Shown here piece by piece: positions 12,610-25,985 of a DNA stretch of 64,000 bases (position 1 is its first letter; every line of letters starts with the position of its first letter). The DNA comes from Octopus sinensis (Eukaryota): NCBI RefSeq assembly GCF_006345805.1, contig NC_042999.1, positions 22,382,001 to 22,446,000 on the forward strand, read 5' to 3'. The position numbers were made by a program, and so were the translations under genes. The notes under the pieces were generated by a model. That model ran no database searches. It had not been told where the DNA came from and saw only the letters and a program-made list of their open reading frames with translations.

Positions 12610-13135
12610 TCCTACAACGGTAAGGTTGATGCAATTTTCCCAACGCTTTGGTGTGATTATGATATGTAGTCCATGTCTCAGGAGAGTATAATAGAGGTGT
12701 TGAAGCTCAAAATTTATAGACCAAACATTATTTCGAGCTTTCCATAAGCTTTTACTGGCCTTTTCGATTCTCTGATTTATTTCAGAATCAAGAAATCTAT
12801 CTCAAGAGAGAGTACTGCCAATGTAGACAAAAGAGACGATCATATTCAGTCTTGTTTTGTGGACGAAGATATTAGGACGATATAGGGTTAACCTGGAGGC
12901 AGGGTGAGAACATAATGATTGATTTTCTTCGGACTGGTGTTAAGTTCAAAAGCAGCGCATGCTCCAGAGAAGAGATCTGTTATAGTTTGCATGTCTTCCT
13001 CACTATGAGCAACGAGGACTGTATCGTCAGCATAAAGGAGCTCACGAAAAAAGCCCTGGAAATCTTTGATTTTGCGTCGAAGCCTATTAGATCAAAAATT
13101 TTACCTGTAGTTCTGAATTGAATGTAGACATTGCC
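12610..13135 (-). pseudogene. RTE (BovB-like) LINE reverse-transcriptase fragment
   Basis: Minus-strand translation with a frameshift: VYIQFRTTGKIFDL...RELLYADDTVLVAHSEEDMQ...FSGACAAFELN. The YADD catalytic motif has the RTE-typical upstream FRTxGKxF. Confidence 0.8.
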
Positions 13136-13190
13136 TTCTTAAAAAGCGTAAGACAGTTACAGCAATATATATATATATATGCACACACGC

Positions 13191-13303
<113 letters not shown>

Positions 13304-13406
13304 CAGACAGATAGTATGAGGGGAAGTCAGTATTTGTGTAGACCAGTGTTTCTACTTGTATACATATACTCATTTACACACACATACACACACACACACA
13401 CACACA

Positions 13407-13437
<31 letters not shown>

Positions 13438-13452
13438 CGCACACACACACAT

Positions 13453-13491
<39 letters not shown>

Positions 13492-13912
13492 GTTTACGTT
13501 CCAATAGAAGAAATAAAATATATATTTCGACTGTAGATTTGACAATCGATACGGTGTAAGCCATCTACAATGACATATGATCAATACTTTATATATTTTT
13601 TTATTGTTTGGTTTTGGGTTTTTTTTCTTCTCCACGCTATCTATTCCATCTCTTTACATGTCTTCATAAAAGATCTAAAAATGCTGCAGGTCGAAAACAA
13701 GGGACTAGACGTGTTGAAGTGTTTTACGTACGAGAATATTACAATTCCCATCAAAGATGGCATGTTTTAGAAATTCCTGCTTATTATTATCTAATTCTTA
13801 TTAGCATATATTCATAAGCAGCAAATTATAAATAAGACACAGATATTCACACACGCGCCCACACTCAAACACACAGCTATATATTTATATGTAATTATTA
13901 TCATTATTGTTA

Positions 13913-14470
13913 TTGAGTGAGAGAGCAGTACATGCCATCAAAGTGACACTGGGGTAAAATATACGAAGCCCAGTATACCCATCATGACTAACCGTCTGAT
14001 AAGGGTACACCAGGCACATGCAGCACAACCATATGTGCGCGACATGGTGATCTCATATCAAGAAAAACAGCACATGACCTTGCAGGTGGGGCCCAGGTAG
14101 AGTTTTCTTCTGGTCAAGTAGCCCATCCCACTCAAAAGGTCCCTGAATAAAGATTGTTTAAGGATGTTGAACGAAACACCCATGTTTCCAATGATGAAAT
14201 ATCCAAACCTCTAAGAATTCCTTTCAACATACAGCTATGATGCTCCCCCACTTCTTCTGCTCGTGGTCAGAGATGCAAATATCGTCAGCTACTAAGGGAT
14301 ATGGTCAACTGGTTAAGGCCAAACAACTGACAAGCAAATCTGTGGTATTGAGCAGAATATTTGCTGTAGCCCATCTTTTATACAAAGACAAAACAATGTA
14401 CATGAAAACACTTCCAATCAGTTAAGATCAGAAGTCCCGAGAGCCACTGCCTGGTACTGCATCAGGGCAT
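13913..14470. mobile_element. Unclassified ~550-bp element flanked by (ATT)n
   Basis: Complex sequence sharply bounded by ATT repeats; no recognisable ORF. Confidence 0.35.
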
Positions 14471-14488
14471 TTATCATTATTATTATTA

Positions 14489-14522
<34 letters not shown>

Positions 14523-14548
14523 CATTCAGTTTTTATTTTTATAGCGTG

Positions 14549-14662
14549 CTTTCACTTCACTACCGAGCGCAGCTCTGTGTGCCTTGGGTATGTGCTGTGA
14601 TTTGTTGTGATGTCCCAGCACATACCAAGGCACACAGAGCTGCGCTCGGTAGTGAGTGAAAG
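14549..14662. repeat. ~48-bp inverted repeat with ~18-nt loop, inside (ATT)n
   Basis: ctttcacttcactaccgagcgcagctctgtgtgccttgggtatgtgctg versus cagcacataccaaggcacacagagctgcgctcggtagtgagtgaaag. Confidence 0.9.
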
Positions 14663-14668
14663 TGTCCC

Positions 14669-14721
<53 letters not shown>

Positions 14722-14722
<1 letters not shown>

Positions 14723-14904
14723 GGTATTTCGTCTGTCTACGTTCTGAGTTCAAATTCCGCCGAGTTCGACTTTACCTTTCATCCTTTCGGGGTCGATAAA
14801 TTAAGTACCAGTTACGCACTGGGGTCGATGTAATCGACTTAATCCTTTTGTCTGTCCTTGTTTGTCCTCTCTGTGTTTAGCCCCTTGTGGGTAGTAAAGA
14901 AATA
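14722..14904 (+). mobile_element. Meta-domain SINE family B, headless unit
   Basis: Starts at ggtatttcgtctg and ends aaagaaata. Confidence 0.85.
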
Positions 14905-14948
<44 letters not shown>

Positions 14949-14968
14949 GTATTATAATTATTATCATT

Positions 14969-14999
<31 letters not shown>

Positions 15000-15117
15000 A
15001 TATTATTATTATTATTATTATGATTATTATTATTATGATCATATCATTATTATTATTATTTTTATTATTATTATTATTATTATTACGCGTCTTATATACT
15101 CCAAGCAAAACGCACCA

Positions 15118-15217
15118 NNNNNNNNNNNNNNNNNNNNNNNNNNNNNNNNNNNNNNNNNNNNNNNNNNNNNNNNNNNNNNNNNNNNNNNNNNNNNNNNNNN
15201 NNNNNNNNNNNNNNNNN
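15118..15217. other. Assembly gap (100 N)
   Basis: Run of N. Confidence 0.99.
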
Positions 15218-15383
15218 GCCGAAAGAAATAGGGAAAAACATTTTATCCGACGCTCTAACGATCCTAAAATAGCGTCGTATTACACGAATCGAGTAAGGTT
15301 CCTGTTTTTCGATTGTAAGATCAACAGTTCATATCCTGTCACTGCGGAGTCAATTTCTTCATAGCCGGGGTTCATTTATCTTA

Positions 15384-15418
<35 letters not shown>

Positions 15419-15439
15419 CAAAGCATGCCTTTACACACT

Positions 15440-15524
<85 letters not shown>

Positions 15525-15561
15525 TGTATAGCATACGTGTGTAAATATATATATATATATA

Positions 15562-17480
15562 TGTTAGTTAGTTAGTTAATTTGGCTCAAAAGCAAATAGC
15601 AAGGCCATGTAGGGGGACATGGAGTTAAGTACAGGGTGGTGTTCATGTAAAGAGTTCAAGCCACTTGAGGTCAAGGGAGGCTTTGAACAAAGCGGGTCGT
15701 CGGCATCTTCACCATCTCGTCTGGCAGCTTGTTCCACGGATCCGCAACCCGGACGGAGAAAGTTCCTCTCCTTCGATTGAGATGAAATCGTCGCAGGTAA
15801 GCTTTTCGGAATGACCCCGCAGCCAACGCTCTGGAGCAGAGTGAAGAACAGCTCTTTCAAGAGGTTACACTTTCCGCTTATTAGATGTTGTGAGCGAGAA
15901 TGAGATCACCACGGCGGCGGCTGTTTTCAAGAGAACAAAGGTCGAGCGCGTCCTCAGCCTTTCTTCATAGGACAAATTTTTGAGACCATGAACCATGCGG
16001 TAGCCAGCTTCTGGACTCTTTCGAGATGCTGTATGTCTTTGAGGAGATAAGGAGAAGAGGCTTGAATCCCGTACTCCATATGGGTCTCACCAGCGTAACA
16101 TAGAGTGGTAGAATATGGCTGCTGTGAGCATTCCGAATGACCGTCGAATCAAGAACAGAATTCCGCGTGCTTTGTTGGCAGCATGGACGCACGGGGCCGA
16201 AGGCGAAAAGGAGGAATCCACCAAGATACCCAGGTCCTTTACCTGATCGGTCCTCTCCAGCAGCAGACGACCCGGCTCGAAATCAAGTTGAATTGCAGGA
16301 GGAGAGCCAACAGGCAGATGACAGCACTTCGACACGTTCAGACACAGGTCCCATTCGTTAGACCACTTCCAAATTTGGTGAGGCATCGACGAAGGTCCTC
16401 TATATCATCGCGAGGAGCGACCAGTTTGATATCGTCGGCAAATAGAAGGGTGTGTTGTGCGTGGGTCGTTGGGCAAGTCATTTATGAAGACTAAGAACAA
16501 TAAGGGCCCAAGCACTGAACCTTGAGGCACGCCACTTGCTCGCACTGGAGACGTCGGACCGCGAACCATTAACTTGGACTTGAAAGGAGCGATCTGAGAG
16601 GAAGGCACCAACCCATCGTACAATATCCGGATGGAAACTATATGCTTGAAGCTTGACAAGTAATAGGCGGTGGTTTACCGAGTCAAAAGCTTTGGCAAAG
16701 TCCAATAAAACGATGTCAACAGCATCACTATCATCGAGGATGCGCGTCACCAATTCTTCCATTACCAGTAAGTTGGTCAAGCATGATCTCTTCGGCACGA
16801 AGCCGTTTTGGAAATCAGAGATAGAGGCTGTGTTTTGTAGTAGGAGCATCATACTTTTCTTAAGGATGGTTTCGAACATCTTGCTGATTATTGATGTAAG
16901 GGAAACCGGTCGGTAGTTAAGCGGGTCTTCGCGGCTCCCTTTCTTGAAAATTGGGCAGATTATCGCTGTTCTCCAGTCCGCAGGTATAACACCCGTCGCC
17001 AATGACATATTGAATAGACGTGTTAAGGGCTCGCAGATGACCGGAGCCAACGCTTCGATAACCCGTGGGTGTATGCCGTCAGGCCCGTGACCCTTGTTGA
17101 CATCGAGGCCTTGAATAACACGTTTGACTTCGTCCCGCGTGATGACCAATCGAAGCATTGGAGGTACCGATCTATCAATTGGAGGGGGTTCACGACCATC
17201 ATCTTGTTTGAAAATAGTTGAAAAAGCCTCGGCAAATAATTGACTCTGTTGATAAGGGTCCTCAATCGATACGCCTGTTGAGTCTACCAACGTTGCAATC
17301 TGGTTGTTGTTCAAGCGGGAATTCCGTTGGACATGGGCAAAGAAGGTTTTTGGATTGCTACTGGCATTTGCCGCGATCTTGTATTCATAACTGAATCGTT
17401 CTTCCTTTTCAATTTTCACGGCTCGGTCTCGTTGAGTTTTGTACACCTCAAAAGCTGCAGTCGAATCCAGATTTTTGAAT
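15562..17480 (-). mobile_element. 5'-truncated CR1-type LINE with frameshifted reverse transcriptase and (TAAC)n tail, inserted in (TA)n
   Basis: ORF 16478..17536 contains GPDGIHP, PIFKKG, NYRPVSLTS, QNGF and LLDFAKAFDSVNH. Other frames continue with SGVPQGSVLGPLLFLVFINDL, KDLGILVD and AANKARGIL. The tail reads gttagttagttagtt at 15563. Confidence 0.92.
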
Positions 17481-17482
17481 AT

Positions 17483-17514
<32 letters not shown>

Positions 17515-17524
17515 GTATGTATAT

Positions 17525-17990
17525 CAGCCATCCCAAACAAGAAAAAGTGTTAGATGGAGAAAAGAATCTGGTTTAATCCTTCGTACAAGCCTGGCTTTGC
17601 CATTAATATACGTAGGTACCTTCTGACGCTCATTAAAATGCACACCCTCATGAACTCATACATATAATACACTTTTTGACTGTCTTAACGTGAAGGTTAA
17701 TTACTCATGCTTAGATAATATTGCTTTTAATATTACAGGCTAAAACAAACGCCAACACGCATCTTCACAGCCTTTACCATACATTTCAACTTGCAACTGT
17801 CGAAATCCAACCAAGTGTCCATCGGGAGGACCTTGTCTCTCAGATATTTCTCAGATATTTCCCTCACACTATCCCAAGGTATCACCAGACTCTACACGAA
17901 CATGATGAGGAACAGTTTTAAGGACGATATACGCTAACCTGGATATAGAAGCTGAGGTTTCGAAACAGTTGTCCGTAGTTATTCGCTTTT
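17525..17990 (+). mobile_element. Degenerate Penelope-like fragment (RT thumb and linker, then 3' HHR)
   Basis: Translates to RIWFNPSY..., LFDCLNVKVNYSC and STCNCR (PLE IWFNPP, VKxSYSC and CNCR motifs). HHR-like TGATGA-ggaac...gtttc-GAAA-cagttg-TC-cgtag at 17892-17978. Confidence 0.7.
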
Positions 17991-18519
17991 TCCCTGATTA
18001 TCATAGAGGTATTCACATCAGTAGGACAGCTGGTTTTATGTATTATTATATGTGGGGTGCAGTTGAGCGAGAGACCAACAAAACTCCTTATACTTTTATG
18101 TAATTTTGGTAAATATATCTTTTAAAATGAAATGTCAGTATTATTTTTATTTTTGCGTAATTTAGACGACAATTTATTCACCGCACCCTGTATATAATCT
18201 CAAATGGTCACGTTTGGGAATCCAGCCGAAAAATCAAATGATGGTTGCTTGTAATAAGACCCTATGGAAGAGGGGGCCCTAGGATTCTACCCCCACAAAC
18301 TTCCCAGGAATAGTGGACGGAAAGGATGAACGAATGGATGGTAGGATGGTAAGATTGAACTGAGCACTTAGCTTCAGAATAATGAGTCCCACGTTTGTTT
18401 CATAATAATGTTAGTATTATACAACTGTGAAATACACCACTCCCAGAACTTGCTTATTCATAACTAGGCTTAATCATTGAATGTTAAGTTTCAAAACCAA
18501 ATGTAAATGACAGCACCAC

Positions 18520-19180
18520 AGGCGTAGGCGTAGCTGTGTGGTAAGCTTGCTTGAAGGCGGCGAGCTGGCAGAAACATTAGCACGCCGGGCGAAATGCGTA
18601 GCCGTATTTCGTCTGCCGTTACGTTCTGAGTTCAAATTCCGCCGAGGTCGACTTTGCCTTTCATCCTTTCGGGGTCGATAAATTAAGGACCAGTTACGCA
18701 CCAGGGTCGATGTAATCGACTTAATCCGTTTGTCTGTCCTTATTTGTCCCCTCTGTGTTTAGCCCCTTGTGGATAGTAAAAGAAACATGTGTGGTAAGCT
18801 TGCTTTTCAACCACATAGTTTCAGGTTCAATCTCATCGCGTGGCATCTTAGGCAAAGTGTCTTCTGCTATAACCTCGGCCCGATCAAATCTTTGTGAGTG
18901 GTTTTGCTAGGCGGAAACTAAAAGAAGCCCGTCGTATGTGTGTGTGTCTGCCTGTCAGTCTGTCAGTCTGTATCTGTGTTTGTCCTCCACCATTACCTGA
19001 GAACCGGTGCTAGTGTTTTTATGTCCCCGTAACTTAGCAGTTCGGCAAAACAGACCGATAAAAAAAGTACCAGGCTGTAAAAAATTAAGTACTGGTTTCG
19101 ATTTCAACTAAAAATGCTTCAAGGTTGTGCCTCAGCATGGCCGCAGTCTAATGACAGAAACAGGTGAAAGATAAAAGATA
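18520..19180 (+). mobile_element. CORE-like SINE family A interrupted by a family B SINE
   Basis: Head at 18521 resumes at 18788 after an 18-bp duplication. Confidence 0.85.
18553..18787 (+). mobile_element. Meta-domain SINE family B, full length, with 18-bp TSD
   Basis: Head aaggcggcgagctggcagaa, B box gagttcaaattcc and Meta-like gcctttcatcctttcggggtcgataaattaag. TSD tgtgtggtaagcttgctt at 18535-18552 and 18788-18805. Confidence 0.9.
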
Positions 19181-19874
19181 TATAAAATCCGAAAACGACA
19201 ATGTTTAAGTTGGTTGCTCAATAGACTTGGCATTTGGTCAACTTCGGTCTGGCTCCAAATAGAAATAAATATAATCTAATACTTTAAGAGGACATTTGAT
19301 TACGAAACGTAAAGCAATCTATTTTAGATTATTTCTCTCTCTTGCATGAGATCAATAAATATCGATTGGTTGGATGATCGATTCAATGAATTAATGATTG
19401 GATGAGTGAATGAATTGAATGAATCAAATCAATGAATCAATTAATGATCTCAAATATAAGCTATACATCAATCTAAAATGAACTTCAAAAACTCTTCCTA
19501 AACTCAACTCTTCAATTTCTGTCAAGTGGAGGTTAGAAAGTATATCTGCAGAAAGTGAAAGTAGAACAAACATTTGAAATATTAATTAATATCAACTGTT
19601 TGGGAGAAATGTGTGATAAGAATTCTCGTTTATACTTTTTCTTCATTTTTTTTTGTTTGTTTGTTTCGGATTTTTATTGAAAAAAAAATACATATTCATA
19701 TAATTTTCATGAAATTTCCAAATTAAATTAACATTTGGAACGGAATAAAAGAGAAAAAGAAATGAAGACCATTTGACGTAACAGAAAATTGTTCTCATAA
19801 AATAAAGTGCGTATGAACAGAGATATAAATGCATACTTTTATATCCAAACGGATGATATCTGGATGACATTACA

Positions 19875-20370
19875 TATGTATGTATGTATGTATGTATTAT
19901 GGATGGATGGATGGATGGATTGTATGTATGTATGTATGCTTGAATGCATGCATGCAGGCATGTATGTATGTATGTATGCATTGTATGTATGTATGTATTG
20001 TATGTATGTATGTATTTATGTATTGTACGTATGTATGTATATTTGTATGTACATATGAATGTATGTATTGTATGTATGTGTATATTATATGTATGTATGT
20101 ATTGTATGTATGTATGCATGGTATGTATGTATGTATATTTGTATGTACATATGAATGTATGTATGTATGTATTGTATTTATGTATTGTATGTATGTATAT
20201 ATTGTATGTATGTATATATTGTATGTATGTATATATTGTATGTATGTATTGTATGTATGCTTGTATGTATGTATGAATGTATGTATCGTATGTATGTATG
20301 TATGAATGTATGTGTGTATGAATGAATGTATGTATGTATGTATGTATGTATGTATGTATGCATGGATGTA
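19875..20370. repeat. (TATG)n compound microsatellite
   Basis: Direct inspection. Confidence 0.95.
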
Positions 20371-20759
20371 CAGAAATATGAACGTGTGCATAGTTGTGTG
20401 TGGTGTGTGTGGACATGCATATTATACAGAGGAATGCATCTACATTTCTGTGTGTATGAATGTATACGTGAATGTATAGTATGTATGAATGAATGTATAC
20501 ACGAATGTATAATACGTATGGATGAATAGGTGAATGAATCCTTTTGTGTGTGTGTGTGTGTGAGTGTGTGTGTGTATAATAACAAAGAATAGCAACGCAC
20601 TGACAAGGTCTATGCAATTATATGTAAATGTATTTATTATAATTATACGCGCTTTGCGAGGTATTGCTATATCATTATTCAAACACACAAGGCAGTTCTT
20701 TTAACAATAGTAAATCCCAACTGCTCCAATCTACCAAGCTGAATATATGAGCCATTAGG

Positions 20760-21733
20760 AAGGCAGCGAGCTGGCAGAAACGATAGCGCACCGGGCGAAA
20801 TGCTTAGTGGTATTTTGTCTGTCGTTACGTTCTGAGTTCAAATTCCGCCGAGGTCGACTTTACCTTTCATCCTTTCGGGGTCGATAAATTAAGTACCAGT
20901 TTCGCACTGGGGTCGATGTAATCGACTTAATCCCTTTGTCTGTCCTTGTTTGTCCCCCTCTATGTTTAGCCCCTTGTGGGTAATAAAGAAATAGGTATTT
21001 TGTCTGTCGTTACGTTCTGAGTTCAAATTCCGCCGAGGTCGACTTTAACTTTCATCCTTTCGGGGTCGATAAATTAAGTACCAGTTTCGCACTGGGGTCG
21101 ATGTAATCGACTTAATCCCTTTGTCTGTCCGTGTTTGTCCCCCTCTATGTTTAGCCCCTTGTGGGTAATAAAGAAATAGGTATTTTGTCTGTCGTTACGT
21201 TCTGAGTTCAAATTCCGCCGAGGTCGACTTTACCTTTCATCCTTTCGGGGTCGATAAATTAAGTACTAGTTTCGCACTGGGGTCGATGTAATCGACTTAA
21301 TCCCTTTGTCTGTCCTTGTTTGTCCCCCTCTATGTTTAGCCCCTTGTGGGTAATAAAGAAATAGGTATTTTGTCTGTCGTTACGTTCTGAGTTCAAATTC
21401 CGCCGAGGTCGACTTTACCTTTCATCCTTTCGGGGTCGATAAATTAAGTACCAGTTTCGCACTGGGGTCGATGTAATCGACTTAATCCCTTTGTCTGTCC
21501 TTGTTTGTCCCCCTCTATGTTTAGCCCCTTGTGGGTAATAAAGAAATAGGTATTTTGTCTGTCGTTACGTTCTGAGTTCAAATTCCGCCGAGGTCGACTT
21601 TACCTTTCATCCTTTCGGGGTCGATAAATTAAGTACCAGTTTCGCACTGGGGTCGATGTAATCGACTTAATCCCTTTGTCTGTCCTTGTTTGTCCCCCTC
21701 TATGTTTAGCCCCTTGTGGGCAGTAAAGAAATA
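20760..21733 (+). mobile_element. Meta-domain SINE family B: head plus five tandem 185-bp bodies, with TSD
   Basis: Units start at 20809, 20994, 21179, 21364 and 21549. Flanking duplication atatatgagccattag at 20743 and 21733. Confidence 0.92.
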
Positions 21734-22224
21734 TATATGAGCCATTAGAAAGGCACAATGCATCTCTTATATGCTGCAGACAGCTGTGTCATCAATGCCT
21801 GTTATTTTCATACAATTCATAATTTCTCTGTATGCAGACGCGTGGCTTAGTGGCTACGGACGTTGCGTTCATGATCGTAAGACCGTGATTTCGATTCTCA
21901 GACCGGCTGCGCGTTATTTTCTTGAGCAAAACATTTCATTTCATTCTGCTCCAGTCCACTCAGCTGTGAATGAGTAACTCTGCGCACGGACTAGCCTTCT
22001 GACCAGTCTTACATCGAGACACAAACTATGTATCGCGAGTGTGTGAGTGAGAATGTAAGTATCTTTGTAAATAAGAGCAAAGTGATGGAAAGAAAAACGA
22101 ATGAGAGGTGGGGGGAATATATATATTTGGAGAATGTGAGAGTGGGGGAGACAGAGACTAGATGCACACTGATTCTAGTATAAAGAGAGAGGGAGGATGG
22201 GGAGGTGAGGGGGGATAAGAAGTG

Positions 22225-22507
22225 GAGGAGGAGGGGGAAGGAGGAGGAGGAAGGAGAAGAAGAGGAGGAGGAGGAAGAAGAAGAAGAAGAAGAAGAAGAA
22301 GAGGAGGAAGAAGAAGAAGAAGAAAAAGAAGAGGAGGAGGAGGAGGAGGAAGGAAGAAGAAGAAGAAGAAGAAGAGGAGGAAGAAGAAGAAGAAGAGAAG
22401 AAGAGGAAGAAGAAGAAGAGGAGGAAGAAGAAGAAGAAGAAGAAGAAAAGAAGAGGAGGAGGAGGAGGAGGAAGGAGGAAGAAGAAGAAGAAGAAGAAGA
22501 GGAGGAA

Positions 22508-22539
<32 letters not shown>

Positions 22540-22552
22540 AGAAGAGGAGGAA

Positions 22553-22584
<32 letters not shown>

Positions 22585-22640
22585 AGAAGAGGAGGAAGAA
22601 GAAGAAGAAGAAGAAGAAGAAGAAGAAGAAGAAGAAGAGG
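22225..22640. repeat. (GAA/GAG)n polypurine microsatellite
   Basis: Direct inspection. Confidence 0.95.
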
Positions 22641-22915
22641 ATGTATCGTTAGTGTGTGAGTGAGAATGTGTGTGTGTAAACAGGAGCAAAGTGATAAAGA
22701 CAAAAGAGAGAGGAAGGTCCAAACAACCTCAACATTAGTTTCAGAATTCATTCACGGCTAGGACCGCAGGTCATACGTCCCCTACCCAATTCAGGATCAC
22801 AACACATAAAATACTCTGCCACACAATTTCTTTTCCTGAACAGGCTCTGCCCTCTGCGAAGAGCAGACATCCACTACGCATGTATACTTGCGTGTATGAA
22901 TATATATATATAAAT

Positions 22916-23304
22916 ACTCTCTTACTTGTTTCAGTCATTTGATTGGGGCCATGCTGGAGCACTGCCTTTAGTCGAGCAAATCGACCCCAGGACTTATTCT
23001 TTGTAAGCCTAGTACTTATTCCATCGGTCTCTTTTACCGAACCGCTAAGTTATGGGGACGTAAACACATCAGCATCGGTTGTCAAGCGATGTCGGGGGGG
23101 GGGCAAACACAGACACACAAACATACACATACATATGTATATATGCATATATACGACTGGCTTCTTTCAGTTTCCGTCTACCAAATCCACTCACAAGGCT
23201 TTGGTCGGCCCGAGGCTATAGTAGAAGATACTTGGCAGTTGGAATGAACCAGGAACCATGTGGTTGGTAAGCAAGCTACTTACCACACAGCCACTCCTGC
23301 GCCT
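22916..23304 (-). mobile_element. CORE-like SINE family A
   Basis: Family match. Confidence 0.85.
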
Positions 23305-24859
23305 AGCAGTATTAGTACCAGAAAGTAATCTTTATTTCCAACCTAATGAGGATTCCTTGTTAGAACACCGAATACTGTGTTATTATCTTTGAGAGATCTT
23401 CTCATATTGGCGCTTGATGCATAAAAGCGATGAGGTGGCGTTCATAACAGCCGAATCTTGTCTGCTACGATCTATGCATGTGCTTTTATAGACCAAACAC
23501 GTATATCAGAGGATCTCTCAAGGCTAATAATACAGTATTCGGTGTTAAATTGGATAGCTAGCTAGAGAGAGAGAGAGAGAGAGAGAAGAGAGATGCAAAC
23601 ATAGCCGTGTGGTTAAAAAAGTTAGATTTGAAGCTAATCACACGGTTCCGGTTTCGAATCTATTGCAGTCTCGTGACACGTTTCATTTAGGAGGAATCTA
23701 CGCGGAAGCCTATCAGATAATCTATATCTGTTCGTCAATGATAGACTTAATCTGTCACCGGTTTCTTTAGGTTCTTTTGGCGTCTCAGGCCTTCTTTAAA
23801 TCTCTATTGCAAGTATTGAGACCAGGTTTGTAGCTTGTGTATGGTCTACAAATCATGGTTTCTTCAATTTTTCTTCTCAGCAGTTCTAAAAATCCTGCAA
23901 GAAGGTCATAGATGCTAAACTATCTTGCTTGTAGATATGTATATTCCTCCACAAACTTTAGTCCTTGTTACGATGTGATGGCTTCTATGCCTCAATGACC
24001 GTGAAAGCTATACTAGTGAAGGGTAGGGTCTTCCATCTGGGAGAGGTTAAAGGATAGAGACGAGTTTAATGTGGCCCACTTTTTGCCAGAAATAAAAATA
24101 GGTTTTCGTAGGGTGATCACTCCTACCAAGAAATAAAACAAAATTAGAGAAGTATCGATGACAATTCGAAACCAAGATCTGGGAGAGAAAGGCCTTCTGT
24201 CAAGGAAAGTAAAATACTGAAGCAGAGCTGAAAAAAGCAGGGATCCACTTGGGGAGAAGTAGGAATGACAGCCTCAGGTTCGAATACAGAAGAGAAAAGC
24301 AGTTAGTGGCCTGTGCTCCACAGGGAGCGAAATACTTATCAAGAAAGACATGTGTATTAACCTGTTACACTGAAATTGGTATACCGATATTTAACAGTTA
24401 TCCACTTTAACCAATAAACTATGCACATTACAGCATAGAGTATACAGGCAGAAACAAATACTTGTGAATAAAAAGATGAAGATAAAGCAAATAGCATATG
24501 CGTAAAAAAGTGTACTAAAACAAGTATAAAGAAAATTAATGGAAAAATTATTTAGAAATGACAGTTAGTGGTGTTTGATGGATTCCATATGGTGAGTGCT
24601 GGGCGATGTTTGGTAAAATGGCCGCTGAATTTGTTTCATATGCCATAAGAGAATGATATGACATTTCTCAATGGCGACTAGAGATATTGTAGATTGACTA
24701 TAAATTTAATATTAACACGGTCTGCCTGTCCCCGTAAGCATCATATATACAACATAATTTTCCCCCCGAGTATTACAAACATCTCACCTCAATCTCCACT
24801 AGTGTATTTTTTTTTTATTTTATATTGTTTATTTTTTATTAGTTTCTTATTTTTTTATG

Positions 24860-25025
24860 TCCACCCGATGATATCTCGAAATCAATTTTGATTAATATAA
24901 ATGTAGCTTACTGCTTAAAGCTGCATGGAGGGGGGAAAAAATTGATCAGTTGGAATTTTACGCTTTCGAGATTATTAACTTCTGTTTATTGATAGCCTGA
25001 CTAATACCAATGATAGCATGATTCC
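24860..25025 (+). repeat. Unclassified dispersed repeat; second copy at ~28262-28425
   Basis: ccacccgatgatat...aatcaattttgattaatataaatgta...ataccaatgat is present at both loci. Confidence 0.8.
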
Positions 25026-25425
25026 AAAACTGGTGTTATTTAAAAACGTGTGTTACTGCGTTAGTCTTCAGTATTTCTTTTTTTTTTATCAACAGTACAA
25101 CAATACTATTCTCATTTTCTTTTACTTTCCTCATATTTTCTTTAAATTTGTTTGATGTGTAACGAACATAAGAAAATGAAATATCAAATATGATATACCA
25201 TAAAGAAAAGAAAAACCGCCATGAGAAAACAAAAGAAAATAACATTGTGTTTCTTTCTCTTGTGTGTCGTCTGCTCTTTCCATTTGGTCACGCGCATCGC
25301 CTGTTCCGTGTATCAAATTTCTGTTGGCACTAATATCACTCTAGCTTTCCTCTCCTTCCTCCACCTCCTACCTGTTTCTCTCTGTCTCTCTTCTCGTACA
25401 GTAATAGTATGTATCCAATTCTCTT

Positions 25426-25492
<67 letters not shown>

Positions 25493-25501
25493 ATCTATCT
25501 G

Positions 25502-25548
<47 letters not shown>

Positions 25549-25569
25549 CTCTATCTATCTATCTATCTG

Positions 25570-25636
<67 letters not shown>

Positions 25637-25876
25637 GTAACACCTGTTTCTTAGTCCCTTTCCGATTAACTTTCATATTCATGCTGTTTTCCTTCTTATT
25701 GTTATCTTTTTTTTTTCAGTTTCTATGCACAACACGCACACACACACATGCTTCCTATATATTCCATTTAATTTCATAATCACACACACAGACACACACG
25801 AACACAAACACGCAAGCATACATATATACGTGTGTATGCCTGTATATATATATAATATATATATATGTGTGTGTGT

Positions 25877-25924
<48 letters not shown>

Positions 25925-25940
25925 ATATATATGTACGTAC

Positions 25941-25985
<45 letters not shown>

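Noticed and set aside
20809-21733. CRISPR-like or rRNA-like tandem array
   Set aside because: There are no unique spacers, the units are SINE bodies, and the context is eukaryotic.
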